Part shown: piece by piece, positions 12,063-23,326 of the stretch | Numbering within the stretch: the first letter of the stretch is position 1 | Layout: each line of letters starts with the position of its first letter | Assembly (NCBI GenBank): GCA_963779615.1 | Contig: CAVZZA010000003.1 | Coordinates: 128,001-192,000, forward strand | DNA length: 64,000 nt | From: an uncultured Nitrososphaeraceae archaeon | GTDB lineage: Archaea; Thermoproteota; Nitrososphaeria; Nitrososphaerales; Nitrososphaeraceae | Reading direction: 5' to 3' | The notes under the pieces: generated by a model | Database searches by the model: none | What the model was told of the DNA's origin: nothing | The model's input: the letters and a program-made list of their open reading frames with translations, nothing else | Made by a program: the position numbers and the translations under genes

Positions 12063-13079
12063 ATGGAAGAGGAAATACTATACATAACAATTGCGGCGAT
12101 ATCTACAGCCCTTTTCTTTGATTTTATAAACGGATTTCATGATTCTGCAAATGCAATAGCAACAGTTGTTGGGACCAGAACCCTCAAACCATTACATGCA
12201 GTAAGCATGGCCGCTATTGCGAATTTTATTGGCCCTTTTATTTTTGGAACAGCTGTGGCGGCAACAGTTGGAAAGGGAATCATTAGGCCTGAATTTGCCA
12301 CTACTGAAGTAATATTGGCCGGTCTAATTGGGGCAATAGTATGGAACCTAATTACGTGGTATTTTGGCCTGCCTTCTTCTAGCAGCCATGCGCTTATTGG
12401 AGGATTAATTGGTTCTGCTTTGATTTCAGGAGGCGTAAAAACTATTGTTTTTGAAGGGATTCAAAAATCACTTATTTTCATGATAGTGTCACCCACATTA
12501 GGGTTTTTAATAGCATTTATTTTTGCAATACTCCTGGTCATATTCCTTAAAAAGAAGAAGCCCCAGTTAATCAATAGGATATTTGGCAGATTACAAATAG
12601 GCTCATCTATGTTTTTTTCGTTGACTCATGGTGCCAATGACGGTCAAAAGACCATGGGTGTAATAACTGCATTGCTTATTGCGGGAGGTTTCATAAATTC
12701 TGAAGAATTTGTTGTTCCTCTGTGGGTGATGCTAAGTGCAGCAGTAGCAATTGGGTTGGGCACATTCTTTGGAGGATGGAGAATTGTAAAGACAATGGCG
12801 TTTAGGCTTACAGACTTGAAACCATATCAGGGATTTTGTGCAGAAACAGGAGGGGGGGCAATTCTTACGAGCATGGCATGGCTTGGAATACCCGTTAGCA
12901 CAACACACGCCATTTCTGGAGCAATAATGGGAGTTGGCGCAACAAGGAGACTTTCTGCGGTCAGATGGGGTGTTGGGAAAATTATTATTTATGCCTGGAT
13001 AATAACAATCCCAGCCAGTGCTGCTATTGCGGCTTTGACCTTGTTATTTATCAACAATGTTTTTGGCAGCATTTTGTAG
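12063..13079 (+). CDS. pit: Inorganic phosphate transporter, PiT family
   Basis: Signatures GFHDSANAIAT and HGANDGQK; LPSSSSHALIG and PVSTTH. Confidence 0.95.
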   Translation: MEEEILYITIAAISTALFFDFINGFHDSANAIATVVGTRTLKPLHAVSMAAIANFIGPFIFGTAVAATVGKGIIRPEFATTEVILAGLIGAIVWNLITWYFGLPSSSSHALIGGLIGSALISGGVKTIVFEGIQKSLIFMIVSPTLGFLIAFIFAILLVIFLKKKKPQLINRIFGRLQIGSSMFFSLTHGANDGQKTMGVITALLIAGGFINSEEFVVPLWVMLSAAVAIGLGTFFGGWRIVKTMAFRLTDLKPYQGFCAETGGGAILTSMAWLGIPVSTTHAISGAIMGVGATRRLSAVRWGVGKIIIYAWIITIPASAAIAALTLLFINNVFGSIL

Positions 13080-13813
13080 ACACCAGACAGGATTATAGAA
13101 TTATAGACATTCTCACTGTCAGGAGCATTACTTTATTTTTGATCACCAATGAAACATCTTGACATCTTTTTAAAAAAAAGATATTGCTTTTGGATTGGGG
13201 GTTTACAAGACATATCACCATATAATCTAAAAGTTTTTTATGTTAAGCCGTACCACATTAAGCAACATCATTTTAATCCCAAAAGTGACTGTTTAAACTT
13301 GACCTGCTAATTTTCATAACGGTTTTAAATCCACTTTACTTTTTGAAACAAATGCATTCTCGCATAATTACTGAAAACATTCAGATTGGTCATTGCTAAT
13401 AACAGCCTGTCATTGACCATTCTGACCTTCCAAAAATAGCAGAGGGGTAATGAAATGTGGTTACAGGTCCATTTTCAATGTACGCAAAGCATTCAAAAGT
13501 AGAAAAGCGGGGTTCAAAAAAAGGCTTATGATGATAATTGATAGGCATCATCTTAAACTAGTTTTTTCCATGACACATTTGAGGAAAAGAACGCGTGTCG
13601 CTATTCAGAGAACTCTACGATAGACAAAAGAACAATTGGAAATAAAATCTCAGAAACAAAAAATAATGAGGAAAAAGTGCTGCAACGCCAACAGCAGATA
13701 TCTCTTACACATCTTTTGGTGACACGAGAATAGGAATTAAAGTTCGATATCCTTTTTTGTCTGCTATGTGGATTTGGAGTATTTTCATCAGCATGATCAT
13801 CATCATCATCGTC

Positions 13814-13983
13814 TATATCTTCAACTTTTTTTCTTCCACTGGTTCTCCATTTATCCCTTTTTTGGCATCCATACCCCTTTTGATGGCTTCTGCATCCCCT
13901 CCCTCTTTTGCTATTTTGTCCTCTACCTCTTCCTCATCAGCTTTCAATAAGCTCTTTTTAATTTCTTCAACTTCTGTGGACAC
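13814..13983 (-). CDS. Small acidic/charged hypothetical protein, below the ORF-track cutoff (ends approximate)
   Basis: GTG start, STEVEEIKKSLLKADEEEVEDKIAKEGGDAEAIKRGMDAKKGINGEPVEEKK; may continue (VEDIDDDDDHADE) across an A-run frameshift. Confidence 0.45.
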
Positions 13984-14328
13984 CAGTATAATTATTTATT
14001 ATTGCCAAATGCAATATCTGAATTGGCTAACCTAAGGGTCAAGAAGGTGTTGCATTCTCACCAGTGCTCATAATTTACAATATCCAAAATAGATGAAATA
14101 ATAACTACAAACAACTAGAGACAAGGTCAAAAGGCCTCCTGCGTAACTATATGCATCAAAATTTGACTATTTTAAACCATAACTTGATTAAAAATCAAAT
14201 CCATTTGAGTAATGACATAGAGATATCCTTGGGGATTCAATGATGATGCCTAACCAAGGGTGATAATATTATTGCGCCAGGAAAAGGCAATTCTAATGGG
14301 TGAAAGAGTAAAACCTCTTGGATACCAA

Positions 14329-15150
14329 TTACAGTCTAAAAATACTTTTTGTATTTTTAAACATCAATAGATCACAAGATTCCCCATCAAGGCCAAGGTT
14401 TTGAGTAAGTTTAAGATAAGATGGCATGTTGCAAATCGGCCAATCGCTTCCATATAGCAGGCGATGGGGTTCCCCAACATAATGCAACAGTTCTTTTATT
14501 TTACCAATATAATGCTCCAGGGAAGACGATGTAAAGTCACCAACAATAAGGCCAGATATATCTGCGTATACATTTCTATTTTTATAAATCACTTCTTGGC
14601 AATCAACTATCCAGGGGTTTCCCAAATGGCACATAACTATTTTTAAATCAGGGTTATCAACGGCTATATCGTCTATGTTTAAGGGATGAGCGTATTTTAC
14701 TTTAGATTTGGGTGAAAATGAATCGCCTGTGTGAATCATGAGTGGATAATCAAACTCTATGCACATGTCATAGACACTTTGGTATCTCTCGTCATACGGA
14801 TAGTGATGTTCATATCCACAATAAAGTTTTATGCCCTTGATAAGACCGTCTCTTAACCATTCCCTACAGTTTTTCAAATCCTCATCAGTATGGTTATCAA
14901 TTGTAAACCCAGCGACAACCCCGATTCTATCATTTTTGCCAACATGCTTTACCAAATCAATGATTTGAGATGTTGACGGCCTGTTTACATCAACTTTGTA
15001 TGAGGAGAGCACAAGTGAATAATCAACATTGTTGTTGTCCATTGATTCAAGTAATGCGTTTAGCCTTTCATCCAATGAAAGAACTTTGTCTTCTGTCTTG
15101 TTTATTCCCTCATAATTATTTAGATGTATATGACAATCAATAATGGGCAT
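14329..15150 (-). CDS. Amidohydrolase_2 family TIM-barrel metallohydrolase
   Basis: IIDCHIH, GIKLY, IHTG, MCHLGNP, YADISG, LLYGSDWP. Confidence 0.9.
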   Translation of the reverse strand: MPIIDCHIHLNNYEGINKTEDKVLSLDERLNALLESMDNNNVDYSLVLSSYKVDVNRPSTSQIIDLVKHVGKNDRIGVVAGFTIDNHTDEDLKNCREWLRDGLIKGIKLYCGYEHHYPYDERYQSVYDMCIEFDYPLMIHTGDSFSPKSKVKYAHPLNIDDIAVDNPDLKIVMCHLGNPWIVDCQEVIYKNRNVYADISGLIVGDFTSSSLEHYIGKIKELLHYVGEPHRLLYGSDWPICNMPSYLKLTQNLGLDGESCDLLMFKNTKSIFRL

Positions 15151-15159
15151 GCGATAGAC

Positions 15160-15841
15160 CTATTTATTGCGCTCTTTGTATTCTGGGTTTAGCCATTCAA
15201 TAAAACTGGCATAATTTAGAGAACGTTCATCATAAAGGTAATTGGCGAGTAATTTAACCAATTTAAACCCATTTTTTAATTGCAAAGATAAAACTGGGTC
15301 TTTTAGTTCCCCTTTCACTACCTTTTTTGTGTATTCTTCAGCGGACATCATTTTTGCATATTTATAATAATCGTACAGCCGACCACCAGCTATCACTCGC
15401 CGTAAGTTCATCTTTATGGCTAACTCTTTTCTTGCATTATACAGCATTGTCGCTAGCCCTTTGTATCGGAAATCAGGATGCACAGAAATGTCTGCACCGT
15501 ATAAACTATCTCCAAGTGGGTCATGATTTTTAAACAGTCCCTGTCCAGTAACCTCCTGCCAGGTATGCTCTGCATACTCCGGTTTTAGGGAAACTATTAG
15601 GCTGCTGGATGAACCAACTATTTTTCCGTCAATTTCAACGCAAAACTGACCTTCTGGAAATATGCGAATGTGGTTATAAAGGAAGGATGAGGGCCATGTC
15701 ATTCCATAGGCGGCCATGTCTGCAAAGGACACGTTCTGAAGATCCACTATTTTAGGAATGTCTTCGGGGGTTACGTTTCTTAATATGATGGGTGCATTGT
15801 CATCACTAATTTTATAGGTAATGGATTTTTTTCACTCTCAT
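15160..15841 (-). CDS. GNAT N-acetyltransferase; N-terminus extends beyond the listed ORF, with a probable A7/A6 frameshift at ~15830
   Basis: FPEGQFCVE, LYGADISVHPDFRYKGLATMLY, AGGRL, DPVLSLQLKNGF; upstream in-frame IILRNVTPEDIPKIVDLQ. Confidence 0.85.
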
Positions 15842-16580
15842 ATCTTGACCCCGGTTTATTTATAATTGTTATTTTCTACTCTTAACACCATTAATTTTAC
15901 CATCAAACTAAATGAACATCAATAGAGAACATTACAACCGTTAATCCATAATAACGTAAACCAAACTCGTTTACCTCAGTCACATGTTTTATCACATTGG
16001 CTGAGCAACACCCTGCTCAAGGGTAGTGAATTTGCTTATTTAATTTTTGGTAACTATCATACCAAAAATGCAATAGTGACTACAAAATAACTTGAAATTG
16101 TTTCTTTTTGTTGTTATCAAACTGTTGGTTTCTTATTGAAAGAGATTAACATTTTTTATTGTGTATTAAATATTTAATTTAATATATTTTCATAGGTTTA
16201 TCAAGGAATTGAGGAAAGAAAAAAGAAAAATCATTTACTATAAATAATATGAACAAGGGATGATGCATTTATTAGATCAAATTCAAGAAGCTGAGTGGAA
16301 CAAAAGATGGAAAATTCTATCATTGCAGTGAAAAAAATTTTCATTAATGTTAAGCACAATAAGAAAATTAGAGGTTTTCATAAGAGCAATACTATAATGT
16401 GCTAAACCGACATTTAGGTCTCTCTGTAAAATATTCTGAAAATCAAATCATTATTTGGCATTACTAAATTAAAAAAAAATTTTCTCTCTTTTATCCATTA
16501 AAAAAAAATTAAAAAGAGGAAGATTGGATTTTTATCTATTCTTATTTTATTGTATTAAAGGTGTTTTACTAGCTATTGCC

Positions 16581-17082
16581 TTATTCGTCTGAGTTGTCGC
16601 CGCTGCTACCAGAGCCGCTTTCAGAGTCATCGTCAGAGCCGCCTTCAGAGTCGTCGTCAGAGTAGAGGAGGAGGAGGAGCCGCCGCTGCTACCAGAGCCG
16701 CCGTCAGAAGAGGCGGAAGAGCCACCGCTGCTACCAGAGCCACCGTCAGAGCCACCGTCAGAAGAGGAGGAGGAGGTGAGGGGGAGGAGGAGCCGCTAGC
16801 AGAACCTGTTGTTCCAGTCATTGTGGGTGCTAAGGAGGAGGGGGAGGAGGAGTCACTAGCAGAACCTGTTGTTCCAGTCATTGTGGGTGCTAAGCCTGAT
16901 GTTGCGTTTCCGGCTGCTGATGTTGCGTTTCCGGCTGCTGATGTTGCGTTTCCGGCTGCTGATGTTGCGTTTCCGGATGATGGAAGAATCTGTGCATTAA
17001 TCTGTGAAACCATTCCAGAAGTCATTGCTGCAATAAGAAATACTGCTGCCAAAACTCCTGCAAAAATAAAGCTATTGTTCAT
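16581..17082 (-). CDS. Secreted Ser/Gly/Asp-rich repeat protein (probable glycoprotein), two apparent frameshifts
   Basis: Signal peptide; GNATSAA repeats; duplicated LAPTMTGTTGSAS; the corrected frame gives SSDGGSDGGSGSSGG...SDDDSEGGSDDDSESGSGSSGDNSDE*. Confidence 0.7.
16780..16976. repeat. 21-bp tandem repeat (~4 copies) plus adjacent ~55-60-bp tandem duplication
   Basis: CTGATGTTGCGTTTCCGGCTG repeated from 16896; CTAGCAGAACCTGTTGTTCCAGTCATTGTGGGTGCTAAG twice, 60 bp apart. Confidence 0.9.
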
Positions 17083-17424
17083 GTAATTCTACTGTGATAA
17101 CATTCTATATAAAATGTACGCATTAAATTACACTCACTGTTTACCATGATATTTAATGATTCAAATGCTTTTCTAAATCATTTGATATAGAAAAAGTTTG
17201 TAAGTAGAGTTATTAGGGATTAGCAATCAACAAATGACCTCATTAAAAAATTAGGTTCATATGTTTTTGGGTTCAATACAGGCTATTCTTTAGGATTTAT
17301 AACTGCCTGAATCGGAAGTTATCCGGCATATTTTGGCAGTTGATTTCTTGTTTTAAATAATCTTTTTGATTATTTGTATTATTTGTATTCTTGATGTATC
17401 CAACTGAAATCTGCATTGTTTTTT

Positions 17425-20400
17425 CTATATTATTTTATTGTTGGTTAATGGTAGGCTAAACGAGAAGGTTGCCCCTTTACCATCTTTATTGTTTTCTGCC
17501 CAAATCTTTCCACCATGAGCCTCAATTATTTTTCTTGAAATATACAATCCCAACCCTATCCCGCTTTCGGATTTTGTTTCAAACTTCTCAAATAGTTTGT
17601 GTATGACAGCTGATCCTATTCCTGCGCCCGTATCCCTGATGCAAACTACAGCGAATTTGCTGTGATTGTTATTATTGTCGTTGTTAATGCCTTGGGAGGC
17701 GTGTCCATCTTTTTCTATCACTACTGAAATGGAGCCCTCTTCTGTAAATTTGAGTGAGTTGCTCAATAAATTAAAGATAACTTGGGTTATTCTCCCCTCA
17801 TCGCCACATATAGGAAAAGGATGATCTTTGTCTTTTGACATAAACTCCAATTTTATTCGGTTGTCTTTTCCTTCGATTTTGGTTTGATCTTTGAAATCGT
17901 TGACGATATCCCTAACTATATTTTCAAGGTCAAATTGAGTCATATTCATGACCAATTTCTTACTTTCTATTTTTGCCACATCTAAAATATTTTCTGAAAG
18001 TATTTGGAGCCTCTTTGCATTTCTATTTATGATGCTCACAATTTCTCTGAACTGTTTGATATTACCTCCGCTTCCCTCCTTTTTATCTTCTTGGTCTTCT
18101 TTTGACTGTATGATGGTAGACGCTGCCAAAATTATTTGAATGGGGTTACGAAGTTCATGGGCTGCGGTGTTTATAAACTCTCTCTGCATGTTGTCCATCT
18201 TTCTTAATTCCTCATTTATTTCGCGTTCATTCCACAATAGTTCAAAAGTTGACCTAAACGATTGAACACTTAGTTTGCTATTAGAGTAAATGGGAAAGCT
18301 AATTGATTCTACAAATTCATCAGCATATGGTATTTTAAGTTCGGCTCTGAAAAATTTTTCGTTATCAACTATAAACATACCTGCATACGAACTGTTGCCA
18401 TTCAATATCTGGATTTTAGGAGCATTTTTGGATATCTTTTCCAAAACATCAGAATTCTTGTTGCTCAGAGGACAGATAATTTTTATAGTGGCATCTTTTT
18501 CCTTTGATGCTTGTATCAGGTAATCAATGATTCCAAATTTGTCCACCCTCACCATTGCTTTGTCATTTGGAAGCAAAAACAAGGCTTCTTTTTTTACAGA
18601 CTTTGCTAAACCAATAAGAACATTGCGCGCTTTTTCATTGTCGGTTATTACCTCTAAAAATTGTGGCTCTATTCCTTGCTCTATCGATGATATCCTTTCT
18701 TTGGCATCAATAGCATCTTTCCACAATTCGCTGAAAATAAAACTAAAGTGACTAACGTAGGCAGGCTCATTGCTCACTAGCAAGCTTTTTATCGTCTCCA
18801 CCCCTTGTGATTCTTCTGTCTTCTCTATAGTAGCAATGAGCTCTTTATTTGATAGAGCAAAATCAATAGGCGGCATGTTGTTGACATGCCTTATTTGTAC
18901 CCCTATATCGAGAAATTTTTTGACTACGTCCGCAGAGTCTTTGTCCACAATAGTTGTGACCAATTTGATTCCCAGGTGCTCTGATTTTTCATGTTTGGTC
19001 ATGATTTTTTTGTAAAAATTGAAATAATTGTTGTATACCAACCGCAAACCGTTAGTTCTAGAACAAACTAGAAATTCATACGATGCCTCGAGAATATCTT
19101 TTCCCTTCTCCAGTATTTCGTCGATATCTTTCAGAATTTTAATCTCTTTTAACACCTTACCCAAGTACTGTTTCATATCATGTTCTGAGAGGGAAGGCTC
19201 AACTCCAGTCTGTTTCAGAAAAACAGATTGCTGGTCTTTTGCCACGTTCATCACCCTTTTCTCTATCTCCTGCTTCATATGCGGCGTTCCAACGATATCC
19301 AATAATTTGACCACCTCCAGAGTAGAACTCTTGATGGATTTCCTCAACGAGGTATCTTGAGTTGTGGATATCGCTAAAGAGTACAAACCTATGCTAAACA
19401 AATAGGTAGATAGAAACACAAGAGAGTGAGCCGCCACTCCGAATGTTTGCTGTAAAGCTGAAATCTCATTAGCGATTCCAATTGGTATAATACCCATTGC
19501 AGCTATTGCAAGGTAGTCCTTTACCCTAACAACAGACAGATTTCTTGTCGCAATAAAAAATGCAAGACCAAACAAGACACTACTCCCTATTGTGCCAGCC
19601 CTGAACATCAGCCTCAAATAAAATCTATATGGGATATCCGAGGGTAGCGAAATTATCAATCCGCTTCCTACAAGGTATAATACTAAGGGTACAGCTAAAA
19701 GAACCCAAAATTTAAAGGGGAATTTTCCCGGCCTGACTGATTTGTAATACTTTTGTAATAGAGTTGCTACTGCTAGCCATGTAAAAATATAAGGCAATGC
19801 TGCCAGATAATCCAAGTTGTTTTTTAGCGATATGAGAGAAGATGGCAAAATCCAGAGTGTGGTGGTATCCGGATTTACCACTTTGTACTGTATCTCGCCA
19901 TGGTATTTTTCAAAGGTTTCATAAATGAATGATGCCTGGGGAGTCACATTGGGCCCTGATTTTTCTTCTATGACATGTATGAATATCAGTCTTTGTATAG
20001 GCATCCTCTGTTATTGCTATGGCGAAGGTTGCAGCTGCTAGTCCCAAAAATAGTATCATGAAGTTTGCTTTATTTGATCTATACCAGGAGAAAAATTTGA
20101 AACTGACTATTCCCATTATAACGCTAGCCGCAATGGAGCTAACCACATAAACCAAGGTAGACTCGAATCGGACATTTGTGCATTTACTAAAATATTGATA
20201 GCAGTTTATGGAATTATTAAACAGTATGAATAACAATACTAAAAATAAGGAAAACTGGATTATTGCAACCGACCAATGCATTGTGTTTAGTAACTTGGAT
20301 TTTTTCCGGAGGTTTGCTGTTGCTTCCCTAACATATTCCAAAAGAATCCAAGAGCCTACCCCGTATCCTACAACTACAGTTAGCAAAAAAATTACAATTT

Positions 20401-20536
20401 CATAGGTATTGTCAAAGTACAGTATTTGACGGGTTGCTAACAAATCCAAAACAACAAGGACAATTATAACCCCTGAGGTAACAATGGGTATTTTTTTGTT
20501 ATCAATCAAAAAATTTTTGACAAAGGGATTTCTCAT
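17425..20536 (-). CDS. Membrane sensor histidine kinase (~1036 aa): polytopic N-terminal domain, soluble middle region, HisKA-HATPase_c; one frameshift near 19991
   Basis: H-box EFINTAAHELRNPIQ, N-box QVIFNLLSNSLKF, G1 DTGAGI, G2 GIGLGLYISRKIIEAHGG. ORFs 19919-20536 and 17425-20004 join by removing one base (AYTK^LIFIHV). Confidence 0.9.
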
Positions 20537-20738
20537 TTATGTTATATCATATAAGCAATCCAACATAATTAATAAATTTTATAAAAAAAACAAACAAAAC
20601 AAACAAAATGATATTCAAAAATTCCAATTTTATGATCTTTGTTATGCTCAGAACATAAAGCACAATGCCTAAAACCATTTTCAAGGCACTTCCATATCAA
20701 AAAATATTCTATAGTATAAAAAAATCAATCAAAAATGA

Positions 20739-21122
20739 TTATTTGCTAGACGCATTTCCATCCTGGCCCAATCCAGTCAGGTTTTTGAATGCTTCCCCAA
20801 CCTGGCTACCTACACTGCTTAATGTTTCACCAGCCCTTTTAGCAGCCTGACCTGTAACTTGGCTTACATTCTTGACTACCTTATCCTGTTCGGTTTGAAC
20901 TTCTTTTGTTCCAGAACTGTTTGATGCCAGATCTGTATCTTGGCTTGCTGTTTGATTGGCTGGTTGAGCTGTGACCTGGTTTGTGTTTTTATTGTTTTGA
21001 TCCAATACGGCTAGATTCTGAAACACTCTACCTGCTTGGTCAAATGTGTTTTGAGCATGAGCTGCATGTGTTGTCGTTATTAAAAATACCGAGAGTAACA
21101 ATAATGATAGGAGACACTTCAT
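20739..21122 (-). CDS. Secreted hypothetical protein, similar at both ends to 9182-9637
   Basis: Signal MKCLLSLLLLSVFLITTTHAAHAQ; C-terminal VGSQVGEAFKNLTGLG. Confidence 0.7.
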   Translation of the reverse strand: MKCLLSLLLLSVFLITTTHAAHAQNTFDQAGRVFQNLAVLDQNNKNTNQVTAQPANQTASQDTDLASNSSGTKEVQTEQDKVVKNVSQVTGQAAKRAGETLSSVGSQVGEAFKNLTGLGQDGNASSK

Positions 21123-21423
21123 AGATTTACATCAACAATTCTTTGATTAAACCTTTTGCTATGCACTAATCGTGAAATTAAACAAAAAGTATTTTTATCT
21201 CATCTGTGTCCATTTCCATTAACCAGCACACTACGCAACTATAAAAATCAAGGAATCAAAGAAGGAGCGCCATTATCTTTAATTAAAACCATACGCAATA
21301 ATTTTTCGTTGTTTATCATGATAAATTCAATATCCTTTAAATTATAATTTTCAATGCAATAATTCACTTGTTGAGTTAGTTGTGCCTGGGTTGTTTTTCG
21401 GTAAAGCTGATTTAAAAGGGAAC

Positions 21424-21447
21424 AACAACAATCACAGGATTGTTGTT
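21424..21447. promoter_or_regulatory. Perfect 10-bp inverted repeat in a divergent intergenic region (possible operator)
   Basis: AACAACAATC-acag-GATTGTTGTT. Confidence 0.35.
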
Positions 21448-21593
21448 TAGGGTCACGGGTTGTTCATCGCCATTTTAGCATGGCTTCTAAACAATAACAA
21501 AATTTTATAAGTTTAATATTAAACTTTGTCGTGTTCAAATCCGATTGGCAATGTTATCATAATTCATATATTTCCGAGATATTTTATGGTTAC

Positions 21594-21854
21594 ATGAAAA
21601 TAATCATTGCCATAACACCATCGCTATTGGTAATATTGGCTTTTCTTGCCATTGCAACAGGCTTGAACAACAATGCAAATGCAATACAGAATTATTGTCC
21701 TCCAATATGTCTGGGTGAGGTTAACGAGCATGTTAGAGACGCAATAAAAGCATTGGATAAGGCAGACATACCCACAGCAAAGTCAGAATTGGATATTGTC
21801 AAGAGTTTATTAGATCAAATAAAAGACATGACCAGTCCAGCAGATAGTGAATAG
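21594..21854 (+). CDS. Small secreted helical protein
   Basis: Probable start MKIIIAITPSLLVILAFLAIA; CPPIC motif followed by amphipathic helices. Confidence 0.6.
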   Translation: MKIIIAITPSLLVILAFLAIATGLNNNANAIQNYCPPICLGEVNEHVRDAIKALDKADIPTAKSELDIVKSLLDQIKDMTSPADSE

Positions 21855-22281
21855 ATCCTTATTTTGGAATGCATGATTACTCAATTTTTATGCGGCCGCT
21901 AAAAAGTGACTGGCAAAAGAGACCACAATGGTGGTCTTATGGCTGTTATGAGCACAAGCTTTAATTTTGGAATGATTGTTGTTAATGACCTTTAAACCAC
22001 AAGATAAACATCTTGTTAATACTAATGCATACCGCAAATTATCCAATTTCCTCAACCAGATGATGATAAGAAACATCCCCGGCACAACTAATGGATAGTG
22101 TATATGCATGTGTACACCAACCTGGGGCAGAAGTGTTACTGCAATGAGCATGATGAAACCTAAGAACACACAATAAGGGGGACAGAAGTTTCTGTAACAG
22201 AGCGTCATAACTTTTGAATGGTAACCTCTGATCATTTAATCAAGGGTTGATGGCATCTTCAAAACTAAACCGGAAAAGTGA

Positions 22282-22719
22282 TTGTGGGTAGGGGACGAAT
22301 GCAGGACGGCAAAGAATATTTTTATGGGACGAAAGCTATTAGTCAGTTGTTACTGCCTATTGCAAGATATAGAAATTAATGAATTTGAGTGGTATTTGCG
22401 AGATCATTTGTTCAGGCAATCAAGTAAAGGCAGACAACAATTCAAAAAAGAATCACTTGCAGATGAGATGACTAGTTTGTATCTCAGGTATAGAAACTAC
22501 ACTTCACAATGCATGAATGAAATGATAGATGTTGTGGTTGAAAGCCTAGTTTTGCGCCAAGTGCTAAACAAGTTTGAGAATTCCCTGGAACTGACAAGCA
22601 GACTTTCCCGATTACAATGCGCTAAATGTTTTTACATCTCATATCTGAGTAACAATGAAACTAGGAGTTGCCTGAGGTGTTCATTTAGAGAATTACATGA
22701 CTTTCCAAAGAAAAAGTAA
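22282..22719 (+). CDS. Hypothetical protein with C-terminal Zn-ribbon (true start probably TTG ~22360)
   Basis: FEWYLRDHLFRQ; CAKC...CLRC. Confidence 0.7.
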   Translation: MWVGDECRTAKNIFMGRKLLVSCYCLLQDIEINEFEWYLRDHLFRQSSKGRQQFKKESLADEMTSLYLRYRNYTSQCMNEMIDVVVESLVLRQVLNKFENSLELTSRLSRLQCAKCFYISYLSNNETRSCLRCSFRELHDFPKKK

Positions 22720-23326
22720 GATGAATAACCCAAGAGTACTTTCACTAGTATAACTTTGTAAGCAGAACGCTCTTTGGTTGATAGGGGTAGTGCCTGCTTA
22801 AATGCAGGATTCATTTGGAAAAAACGCTACTATTAAAAAAGATAGCAACACAGATAGCATATAAAAAAATAAAGATTCTAAGAACGGAAAGGTAGCAAAA
22901 GGACTTTATATGGAAACCCATGCCTACGGCGATGGCGGACAAGTCCTGCAGCTTTTGTGACTTCAAAATCATTTCATGCAGCATTTCTGCTATTTTTTTA
23001 CTAGCAATGGCAATTACTTTTGCAGCAGTATACCCTTCATCCGTGATCAGATCTTCTTGTTTTTGCAGTAAATGATTATTACTTTATCCCATCTGTCTTG
23101 ATGATCATAGTCATCAGATAAAGATATCAAATTAGTGGGCCATTGTTACAAGACAATATTTCTCTACCTGTTAACTTACAAAAGATCTAATGAAAATTAC
23201 AGGCTTGGCAGCACATGTTTTAAATTCCCAAATCTATCCCAATACCATTATTGAGTAATTATTCTAGACATTAACGCAGTCAGGCATACAATCCTACAAT
23301 CTTTATATAAAGTTTAACCAAAACAA

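Noticed and set aside
16657-16780. Hydrophobic Pro/Leu/Ala C-terminus in the ORF-track translation (apparent membrane anchor)
   Set aside because: It is an out-of-frame reading of Ser/Gly/Asp repeats after an apparent 1-nt insertion.
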